Virus record (IMG/VR): IMGVR_UViG_3300042321_002027
Origin: a virus
Direction: 5' to 3' (one strand)
Length of the DNA stretch: 64,000 bases
Positions within the stretch are counted from its first letter, which is position 1. The number at the start of each line of letters is the position of its first letter. The notes below the pieces were generated by a model. The model made no database searches. It was given only the letters and a program-made list of their open reading frames with translations, and was not told the origin of the DNA. A program made the translations under genes and the position numbers. This document shows, piece after piece, positions 27,046 through 33,960 of the stretch.

Positions 27046-27546
27046 TTAAGCTGCATCCTGCTTATGGTTAATGTGCTGAATAGCGTCCTTGTAACGGTCA
27101 GCACAGTAGCTGGCAGCCCAAGCGTTTGGCTTGACCAAAGGTATGATGTTACACATACCACGGATGTAACCAACAGCTTCGTTGATAACGCATGAAGAAC
27201 CGTGTTCCTTGTTTGGATTAATGTCCAAGTGGATTTCAACATCACGGTTTTCAAGAACGTCATGAAGGTCCATGTAAAGTTGAGCGGTCTTCATAACTTC
27301 GTTCATCAGACGCATACGAGGCTTATCCTTTTGCTGATCATAGTCGCGCTCACGCACGATACCACCAAACACACGACAACCATTCTTACCGTTTTTGTGA
27401 ACAACTACAACGTTGATATAGTCTGCATGCCAAACACCGTTGATCTGAAAACGTTCTGAGTCACCACCAAGATAAACTTTAGTTTCTGGTGTTTGAGCGT
27501 CGATAAACGTCTTTACTTCTGCGATGTTTAGTTCTTTCCTGATCAT
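27046..27546 (-). CDS. RNase H-like YkuK-family protein
   Basis: YLG.DS, RL..EV, EIHLDIN, ASYCAD. Confidence 0.75.
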   Translation of the reverse strand: MIRKELNIAEVKTFIDAQTPETKVYLGGDSERFQINGVWHADYINVVVVHKNGKNGCRVFGGIVRERDYDQQKDKPRMRLMNEVMKTAQLYMDLHDVLENRDVEIHLDINPNKEHGSSCVINEAVGYIRGMCNIIPLVKPNAWAASYCADRYKDAIQHINHKQDAA

Positions 27547-27573
27547 AATACACCTTTATTAGATTGGATAGAT

Positions 27574-27647
27574 TGGAGCGGGGTACGGGACTCGAACCCG
27601 TTTCACTAGCTTGGAAGGCTAGAGCACAACCCATATACCAACCCCGC
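27574..27647 (-). tRNA. tRNA-Gly(TCC)
   Basis: minus-strand cloverleaf, U73, CCA. Confidence 0.9.
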
Positions 27648-27685
27648 AATTGTCTAGTATTTAGGGGGAATTTCTTCCCCCTCTT

Positions 27686-29110
27686 TTAGTAGTCGTAACG
27701 ATCGTTCATTACTGCCTTCAACATGATCCCTTCAGGTGTGAAGTTTTCCATGTTACCGGACAGAACCGCCTTAACGATGGCTGGAGAGAAACCAGAAACA
27801 AGAGCAGTATCGCGCTTGTCGAACTTAACAGGAACGTTGTCCTTTGCGTTAAGGTTCCAGAACACGATCTTAGGCACCTTGTACCCAGCAGCTTCGAACT
27901 TACGCTCGATCATTTCCATCGCTGAGTCGTCGAAACGAACACAAGCATTGAACTGCATATCCGAAAGGATCAACAGCATGTCAGGCATTTCCTCCTGAGG
28001 CACATTACCCTTGACTGCGACATCAAGGATCTTACGCATTGCTGCGTGAAGATTAGTGCTCATACCCCATTCTGAAGCTGACATCTGCTGGATCTTACCC
28101 AGAATGTTGCCCTTCAAGTGCATAAGCTCAGGCTTGTCAGAGAAAGTCAAGAACGTATCCTTGAACTTACCCTTGTTCTTGTCTGCAAGGTAAAGACCAA
28201 GCGAAACAGAAACATCAAGACAAGTAGTCAACGACTTAGAGCCGTAACCACCTGCAGGTGACATCATTGAGCCAGAGACGTCGACGATTGGCAGGATGTT
28301 CGCATCACCAACGTAGTTAGGCAAAGCCTCCCACTGAGCCACGATGTGGTCAAGGTTGGCCTTTTCATAGCTCAGTCGGTATGCACCGATAACACCCTTC
28401 AGTACATCGTATGGGTACACTGCTCCAGCGTTAACCTTTGCAGTTGGATCACCCTTTACGAGCTTCTCCACCCATTCCTTGTACTTTGGCGTATGACGAG
28501 CAAACGCCTTCTTGTAACGTGAGGACGCAACAGAAGGAACGTGGTTGAAGTTGATTTCATCCCACTTGTTCGCACACATGTTCTGCTCGACAACCTTAGT
28601 CAGTTCGACCAGACGCTTACGGTAGTACTTTGGAGTCCAACCAAGGAACGAACGCAGACGAGCCGCATCCTCACCCTTACGTGGCATCCACTTAGCACAC
28701 AGACCATTGCCTGCATCCAAAGCATCCTTGATCAAAGTGAACGCAACTGCCTCAGCAGCTGAGTCCTTGTCAAAGACCAACAGGTCGTCCCAACGACCAA
28801 GCTCAGGGATCTTGCGCATCAAAGCTATAGCGCGGTCCTCGTCCTTGAGAACAAGCTCACGGAGAATGTCGCGGAACACCTTACGCTCACCAGCGCCGCC
28901 ACGAACGTCGCGAGCCCAAAGAGCGATACGTGCAGCAAGATCCTGGTTCTCTACATACGCAGCAGTGAACGCAGGAACTACGTTCTTACCACGCATAGCG
29001 CCGACGTTGAAGAACAAATCAACGCAAGCGGAAGCAGTAGAAGCTCGAGCCTTCATACCGTTCTCGGTACGAGCTTCCTGGTTCTTAACGGCATTAACAA
29101 AAGTAGACAT
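27686..29110 (-). CDS. DUF2828-family protein with C-terminal vWA domain (TROVE/Ro60-like architecture)
   Basis: TENG, DLFF, RDVRGGAGER, GRWDDL, AKWMPR, DVSGSM MIDAS, LSDMQF, FWNL, SGFS. Confidence 0.82.
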   Translation of the reverse strand: MSTFVNAVKNQEARTENGMKARASTASACVDLFFNVGAMRGKNVVPAFTAAYVENQDLAARIALWARDVRGGAGERKVFRDILRELVLKDEDRAIALMRKIPELGRWDDLLVFDKDSAAEAVAFTLIKDALDAGNGLCAKWMPRKGEDAARLRSFLGWTPKYYRKRLVELTKVVEQNMCANKWDEINFNHVPSVASSRYKKAFARHTPKYKEWVEKLVKGDPTAKVNAGAVYPYDVLKGVIGAYRLSYEKANLDHIVAQWEALPNYVGDANILPIVDVSGSMMSPAGGYGSKSLTTCLDVSVSLGLYLADKNKGKFKDTFLTFSDKPELMHLKGNILGKIQQMSASEWGMSTNLHAAMRKILDVAVKGNVPQEEMPDMLLILSDMQFNACVRFDDSAMEMIERKFEAAGYKVPKIVFWNLNAKDNVPVKFDKRDTALVSGFSPAIVKAVLSGNMENFTPEGIMLKAVMNDRYDY

Positions 29111-29126
29111 TTTCACTTTCCTTTTT

Positions 29127-29186
29127 CAACAGATTGAACTTTTTTCAAATTTCAAGTTTGATTTTTTTAGTTGCTGAACTCAATCT
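29127..29186 (-). ncRNA. CAGCAA-family small RNA E1 (Ser-UGA anticodon stem-loop cargo); 5' leader of DUF2828 gene
   Basis: AGAUUGA-GUU-CAGCAA...UCAAA-CUUGAAA-UUUGA...UCAAUCU-GUUG. Confidence 0.72.
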
Positions 29187-29194
29187 AGATTCTT

Positions 29195-29223
29195 AATATA
29201 CTCTACACACTATTTAAAGTCAA
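29195..29223 (-). promoter_or_regulatory. sigma70-type promoter starting transcription at E1
   Basis: TTGACT-N17-TATATT on minus strand. Confidence 0.7.
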
Positions 29224-29337
29224 CGGGTTTCTATTTTTCGGTGGGAATTGAACCCACTACACTCTGTTTACAAGACAGATGCTCTACCAAATGAGCTACG
29301 ATGGCTTACGCCATTGATTGTTTGCTGTAAGAAACCC
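29221..29337 (-). ncRNA. CAGCAA-family small RNA E2 (permuted tRNA-Thr(UGU) cargo)
   Basis: GGGUUUCU-UA-CAGCAA...D-arm, anticodon arm, T-arm...AGAAACCC-GUUG. Confidence 0.72.
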
Positions 29338-29344
29338 AAAACTT

Positions 29345-29755
29345 TTAGAAACTGGAGTTTTCTAGATCAGACATCTTAGCGTCTAGACGGAAAACTCTCA
29401 TCCGAGGAAGAACCGCTACACGAAAATGAGGGATATAATCGCCCTTCTTCGTTTCGTGGTTATAAACCCATTTCGCGCCATAAACCTGTTCAATTTTAAC
29501 AGCCACAGGCTTGTATTCTGTAACAAGGTCATACTTAGTATGACCACGTTCATCCTTGATGATATTACCTTCAATGTCTCTCGACACAACGCTTCGTGAA
29601 ACATTTTGATAATAAGCTCCTACGAACTTACCCTTACGAAACGTCGTAGACTTCCACGATGTACCAGCATAGATAATATCTTCACCGGGATTAATCGTTT
29701 GACCAAACATATTAACGAATGGTACTACCTTAAGATCTGCCATCACTTTCTCCAT
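29345..29755 (-). CDS. hypothetical protein inside RNA array (start probably 29743)
   Basis: ORF track; GGAG RBS. Confidence 0.6.
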   Translation of the reverse strand: MEKVMADLKVVPFVNMFGQTINPGEDIIYAGTSWKSTTFRKGKFVGAYYQNVSRSVVSRDIEGNIIKDERGHTKYDLVTEYKPVAVKIEQVYGAKWVYNHETKKGDYIPHFRVAVLPRMRVFRLDAKMSDLENSSF

Positions 29756-29765
29756 AATTATAATT

Positions 29766-29953
29766 CAACAGGATCGCGTTTGCTTAACGTGCTACTATTA
29801 CACCAAGGACCCATCAGATACACACGAAGACGATTTGCCGAAGCATTCTTACCCATCTTAAGGAACAGCTCCGTATGTATTTGGTGGATCCCCTCGGATT
29901 TGCACCGAGACCTTTCCTTTTCAGAGGAATGCATTTTATGCGGAAACGATCCT
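29766..29953 (-). ncRNA. CAGCAA-family small RNA E3 (circularly permuted tRNA cargo, YrlA-like order)
   Basis: AGGAUCG-UUU-CCGCAU...T-arm, 3' acceptor+ACCA, linker, 5' acceptor, D-arm...CGAUCCU-GUUG. Confidence 0.68.
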
Positions 29954-29959
29954 AAAACT

Positions 29960-30026
29960 CAACGGGATTGCTTTTTTGCGTTTTTGATTAAAAGTCAAAT
30001 GCATAAAAGTTTGCTGTAACAATCCC
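29960..30026 (-). ncRNA. CAGCAA-family small RNA E4 (Lys-UUU anticodon stem-loop cargo)
   Basis: GGGAUUG-UUA-CAGCAA...UUUGA-CUUUUAA-UCAAA...CAAUCCC-GUUG. Confidence 0.72.
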
Positions 30027-30033
30027 AAAACTT

Positions 30034-30492
30034 TTAGTCTAGTTTAGACCAGTCAAGTATCTTAGCTTTTAACGCCTCATACTCTTCTGACTTATAAGTT
30101 GATCTACCATCTTTACCGTAGTACTTGTGGATGCGTAGCCCTTTCGGTCCATACTTAGCTACCATGTCGATAATTCTCGGCAATATAGCGTTATGGTAAA
30201 GTGCCTCATCATACCTTTTCGATTCGACCTGTTTATAGTTTAGGCCATTTAGAAATGCACGAGCGAGGTGTGTAGCTCTAGATTCATTTCGTACCACTGT
30301 TTTACGGTGATGCTGAAGATTATACCATTTACTATGGTAAGGATAAAACATCCCATCAAACATATTCGCATTTTGAATCTGATGATGTTGTTTTAGCCAG
30401 TTAATCTGGTTACGAATCTTTTGTTCTTCCTTACGGATGATCGCAGGTTCGAGAGCTAGATGTTTAGATTTGATTTTTAATTCGATAGACAT
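30034..30492 (-). CDS. hypothetical basic protein inside RNA array
   Basis: GAGG RBS before MSIELKIKSK; own promoter TTGACT-N17-TAGTAT ending at 30540. Confidence 0.7.
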   Translation of the reverse strand: MSIELKIKSKHLALEPAIIRKEEQKIRNQINWLKQHHQIQNANMFDGMFYPYHSKWYNLQHHRKTVVRNESRATHLARAFLNGLNYKQVESKRYDEALYHNAILPRIIDMVAKYGPKGLRIHKYYGKDGRSTYKSEEYEALKAKILDWSKLD

Positions 30493-30548
30493 TGTTTTCC
30501 TCATGATTTGTATACTACTATGTTTGGTATAAAAAGTCAAGGGAAATT

Positions 30549-30587
30549 TTAGGGTGGTTTGTGTTTCTAGTACAAATATGTCTTCAT
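30549..30587 (-). CDS. mini-ORF MKTYLY-[TAG]-KHKPP-TAA (candidate amber read-through peptide)
   Basis: AGGAG RBS 6 nt upstream; in-frame TAG at 30567-30569; lies 18 nt downstream of the tRNA-CUA CCA end. Confidence 0.5.
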
Positions 30588-30605
30588 GTTATTCTCCTAA
30601 TAAAG

Positions 30606-30681
30606 TGGTGACCCCAGTGGGATTTGAACCCACATCAAGTGTTTTAGAGGCACCTGCATCACCAGATCATGCTCTAGGGTC
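30606..30681 (-). tRNA. tRNA with CUA anticodon (amber suppressor-like)
   Basis: GACCCUA/UGGGGUC acceptor, D-arm, GGUGC-CUCUAAA-ACACU, GUGGG-UUCAAAU-CCCAC, ACCA. Confidence 0.75.
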
Positions 30682-30685
30682 AATT

Positions 30686-30786
30686 CAACAGGTTGTATTT
30701 TCTACTTTTTGATTAGTGTGAGAAATCGAAACTCACGTAGTGACGCCAAAAGGGGTCGCATTTTTATGGTTTGCAGTATACAACCT
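30686..30786 (-). ncRNA. CAGCAA-family small RNA E5 (T-arm-like cargo)
   Basis: AGGUUGUAU-A-CUGCAA...GUGAG-UUUCGAUUU-CUCAC...AUACAACCU-GUUG. Confidence 0.68.
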
Positions 30787-30791
30787 ATGTT

Positions 30792-30882
30792 CAACAGGAT
30801 AGTTTTCTATATTCGCAGAATCTGCAAATGTTGGATTCGAACCAACAATGAACCAATTTGGATCATTTGCTGAACCTATCCT
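30792..30882 (-). ncRNA. CAGCAA-family small RNA E6 (T-arm cargo)
   Basis: AGGAUAG-GUU-CAGCAA...GUUGG-UUCGAAU-CCAAC...CUAUCCU-GUUG. Confidence 0.72.
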
Positions 30883-30887
30883 AAAAT

Positions 30888-31078
30888 CTACGGGATGGTC
30901 GAGTGGACATTAGTTTTATTCTTGCAGAGCCTAACTCCTCTGCCATATTCCTAATTTAGTAAGAACCGAGCTAATCAAAGGGGACTAGCGCCCTCCTGCC
31001 TCCTTTATCAGGACACAAGCGTAAAGAGAAGCCCGAAAGCTTCGTGCTTTGATCAATGATCGTTGCTGTACTCATCCC
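30888..31078 (-). ncRNA. CAGCAA-family small RNA E7 (long multi-hairpin cargo)
   Basis: GGGAUG-AGUA-CAGCAA...CAUCCC-GUAG. Confidence 0.6.
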
Positions 31079-31096
31079 AAAACTTGGTAATTCTAT

Positions 31097-31180
31097 TTAG
31101 CGCCGAGCGCGAGCCTTGCGCTTCTTAGAGCCAATTTTTCTGCGTCCTTTACGAGGACGATTCTTGTGTGGGTGCGACAT
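31097..31180 (-). CDS. 27-aa extremely basic peptide (absent from ORF track)
   Basis: GGAGG RBS; MSHPHKNRPRKGRRKIGSKKRKARARR. Confidence 0.6.
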   Translation of the reverse strand: MSHPHKNRPRKGRRKIGSKKRKARARR

Positions 31181-31198
31181 ACTTCCTCCATTACAAAT

Positions 31199-31274
31199 TG
31201 GTGCCCCCTGTCAGATTCGAACTGACCCTTGAGCGATTTTAAGTCGCTTTCCTCTACCGCTGGGATAAGGAGGC
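31199..31274 (-). tRNA. tRNA-Leu(TAA), short variable loop
   Basis: loop CT-TAA-AA, CCA. Confidence 0.88.
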
Positions 31275-31294
31275 TTTCTCATTATTTATGTATA

Positions 31295-31729
31295 TTACTT
31301 AGATTCAGATTTAAAGTCAAGCTTTAAATGACTTCTGTGGACTCTAACCCGTATTTGGTCGTTATAGTAGTCGTTGGATTCAAGTACTCGGGACTCAAAC
31401 TGATACCTCGCCTCAAGGTAGTTGGCGGTACCGCGCGATTTACATAGGTCGAGGATTTCTCTTCTAAAGTTCTCTGCGCCCAACTCGACAACGTCTCGCT
31501 TGAGGGTATCGTTGCTACCATAGTAATCCCGCCAGTCGCTTTCGGTAACGACTTTCTTTTTGCGAGTCTTACCTTTGATCTTCTTAGTGCGAGTTTTCGT
31601 GAGTAGTTTCTTACCAATGTACTTCTTCCCACTTTGGAGGTTAGTGATGAGATAGACAAAAGCAACGTACCCCTGAATGTCCTCATCACTAACTTCCTTA
31701 TCTTTGTATATCCACATAACGTACTCCAA
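31295..31729 (-). CDS. GIY-YIG-like (Seg-type) protein
   Basis: FVYLITN...GKKYIGKK, Y.GS, F.REIL, YYN. Confidence 0.75.
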   Translation of the reverse strand: MEYVMWIYKDKEVSDEDIQGYVAFVYLITNLQSGKKYIGKKLLTKTRTKKIKGKTRKKKVVTESDWRDYYGSNDTLKRDVVELGAENFRREILDLCKSRGTANYLEARYQFESRVLESNDYYNDQIRVRVHRSHLKLDFKSESK

Positions 31730-31743
31730 AAGGAGTATTTATG

Positions 31744-31953
31744 TCAGTCTTCAGAATCTCCATAAGGATTAGGATTCTCATCCCATTCTTCTTCAAGATC
31801 CGCCAAGTCTTCTTGAAGAGAGTTACCACAGAATGGGCAATACTCAGGTGTATCTTCTTCTTCGTGAATTATAGTAAACTCAGTTTCACATACTGAACAA
31901 GTTATTTCCTTTTCCATTCTGGATCCTTTCTTAGATTTCGCATCCACCAGCAA
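31744..31953 (-). CDS. small zinc-ribbon protein (start probably 31917)
   Basis: CSVC...YCPFCG. Confidence 0.6.
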   Translation of the reverse strand: MLVDAKSKKGSRMEKEITCSVCETEFTIIHEEEDTPEYCPFCGNSLQEDLADLEEEWDENPNPYGDSED

Positions 31954-33865
31954 CGCAAGCTAACTCCTGCGTGCCTGTAGTTGTGTCTTGCTTTTCATAT
32001 TTAGCAAGGTCCATCCAGTTGACGATCTTAGGCATCTTGGCTGCAAGTGCTTCGTACTCTTCCTTTGTGCAGTCCTGATACGGGGCTTGTTTATAAACGT
32101 GATCGCTAAATGGCAAGAACGAAACGCCTGACATCTCATCGAAGTGTTCATATACCCAAGCACCAACACTCATCCACTCTTCTTCCTTAACAGAAACAGT
32201 GATAGAAGGCTTGTGCTCACACCAGTGACGCTGATAAGTCAACCAAAGCTCAAGTTGTTCAATGGCAGTCATATCTTTACGGAACACAGCATGCTCAGGA
32301 GACTTTTGTGGGAACGAGAACACATACGTATGATCTGGCTTAGTAATATCATCCTCGACAGGGAAACCCATGTCCTTCATCATAACTGCGAGAGGATCCT
32401 TCTTATCTGCACGAACAGTTCTAATATAATAAGGAGAGTGACGAGCATGAATGCCACTTGCAGAGTCGACCAACTGTGATACCGTTCCACTAGGTTTGAC
32501 GCAAGTAATAGCAGCGGAGACAGGAATATTAAGTTTAGCAGCCCATAACTTGTTAGTTTTAACAGCTTCTTCACGGAGACCCTCCAACATATCACCAATA
32601 TTAAACAGTCCTGTAGCTTGTGTTGCACGACCGTTTGTGTATTCATTGTCCATAATACCAGTCAACGAAACACCAAGAAGTCTTTCCTCTTCGCAGTTCT
32701 CCTTCCACTTCTTGTTCAGGTATTTGAAGTTGGTAAGTGTGGATTGGAATGTACCAAGGATAGTCGCGAGCTTGACTTTGTGCTTGAGGGTTTCTGGGGT
32801 ATCGTCACCTCTAACCACGACCTCTGTAAGGTTACAAAACTCCCTTGAACGGAGAATGATTTCGCTACATGGGTTGGTGCCAAAATCGTGATCCGGATCT
32901 CTTCTTCCATATTTCTCAGCCTGTTTCTTTGATGCAGTTCTACTAAAAATGCCACGTTCGCCAGAGCGCGACTCATAGAGGGAAAGCCACTCACGCATGA
33001 AGATGCCAGGTTCAGGCTTTTCCTTACCAACGTAAGAGTTGTTTGCGAGAGCGCGTTGTACATTCTCCTTCCACCAGTCACCAGACTTAGCATGGCGCAT
33101 TCTATCATCACTAAGGTCAGAAAGAGAAATAAGCGCGGATCTGCGTACGCCGCCCACAACCACAATTTCAGCGATCTTACAAACGATGTCATGGCACTCC
33201 AATGTAGTCAAACGACGACCAGCAGCCTTCTTGAATGTTGCAACCGCAAAATTAAACAAATCGTTCAACGGAGCAGGACCAGAAGCTCTGCCGCCGAACA
33301 CCTTCAATGGTGCGCCAGCAGGACGTACCTTTGACAAATCCCACTTAGGAATTTGACCAGCATAAAGAAGATGAATGAGTTCTTTAAGAGCCTTTGCCCA
33401 ACCCAACTTGGAGTCAGCCACAAGGATAGTAGTGTCAGTTGGAAACAATTCGTCTGGGATCACAGGCAGTTGATCCACATACTTAGATTCTACTGAGAAA
33501 CCTACACCAGTACCATTCATCAAGACGTAAAGGATTTCATCGAACGAACGAGGGCTATCAACTGCAACATATGAACAGTTATAACCAGAAACGTTTTCGC
33601 GCTTGAGTGCTTCGCCAGCAGTCATCAAGCAACGCATAGAAGGCATAATATCAAGGTTCAACACAGCTTCTTCCAACTGCTTACGTTCTTCAGCAGTGAT
33701 AGTGTATCCAGTCATTTCCTTGACGTGTTCATCAAAGAAATTAAAATAACGGGCGACTGTTTCGTCCCAGTTTTCTCGACGGTTTTCTTCCCACAGCCAA
33801 CGGGCATAACGAGACTTATGAATGAACTCTTGATACAGAGACGGTAACATATTACTGCCTGACAT
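31931..33865 (-). CDS. nrdJ: class II (adenosylcobalamin-dependent) ribonucleotide reductase
   Basis: NC, GTGVGF, VVVGGVRRSA, TNPCSE, CNL, KPSGT, C-terminal CxxxxC; no nrdB nearby. Confidence 0.9.
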   Translation of the reverse strand: MSGSNMLPSLYQEFIHKSRYARWLWEENRRENWDETVARYFNFFDEHVKEMTGYTITAEERKQLEEAVLNLDIMPSMRCLMTAGEALKRENVSGYNCSYVAVDSPRSFDEILYVLMNGTGVGFSVESKYVDQLPVIPDELFPTDTTILVADSKLGWAKALKELIHLLYAGQIPKWDLSKVRPAGAPLKVFGGRASGPAPLNDLFNFAVATFKKAAGRRLTTLECHDIVCKIAEIVVVGGVRRSALISLSDLSDDRMRHAKSGDWWKENVQRALANNSYVGKEKPEPGIFMREWLSLYESRSGERGIFSRTASKKQAEKYGRRDPDHDFGTNPCSEIILRSREFCNLTEVVVRGDDTPETLKHKVKLATILGTFQSTLTNFKYLNKKWKENCEEERLLGVSLTGIMDNEYTNGRATQATGLFNIGDMLEGLREEAVKTNKLWAAKLNIPVSAAITCVKPSGTVSQLVDSASGIHARHSPYYIRTVRADKKDPLAVMMKDMGFPVEDDITKPDHTYVFSFPQKSPEHAVFRKDMTAIEQLELWLTYQRHWCEHKPSITVSVKEEEWMSVGAWVYEHFDEMSGVSFLPFSDHVYKQAPYQDCTKEEYEALAAKMPKIVNWMDLAKYEKQDTTTGTQELACVAGGCEI

Positions 33866-33960
33866 ACGGATACTCCTAGTTTTTTTATTGTTTATTATTT
33901 TTGAAATGCTGAATTATCTTAATCAGCTGTTTAATTTCTTCTTTGGTAAATAATATTCTA

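Noticed and set aside
29127-31078. CRISPR array interpretation of the repeated caac...ttgctg units
   Set aside because: Repeats are not identical, unit lengths vary from about 60 to 190 nt, conservation is structural, and there are no cas genes (the 17018 nuclease is the usual T4-like exonuclease)
31295-31729. Mobile homing endonuclease or intron
   Set aside because: Short GIY-YIG-like ORF lacking a DNA-binding tail; no interrupted gene nearby; nrdJ, thyX and gp43 look uninterrupted
27723-33356. Antisense and alternative-frame ORFs in the track (e.g. 28707..29177, 29606..30019, 32451..32891)
   Set aside because: Shadows of well-supported genes or RNA units; no RBS or motifs
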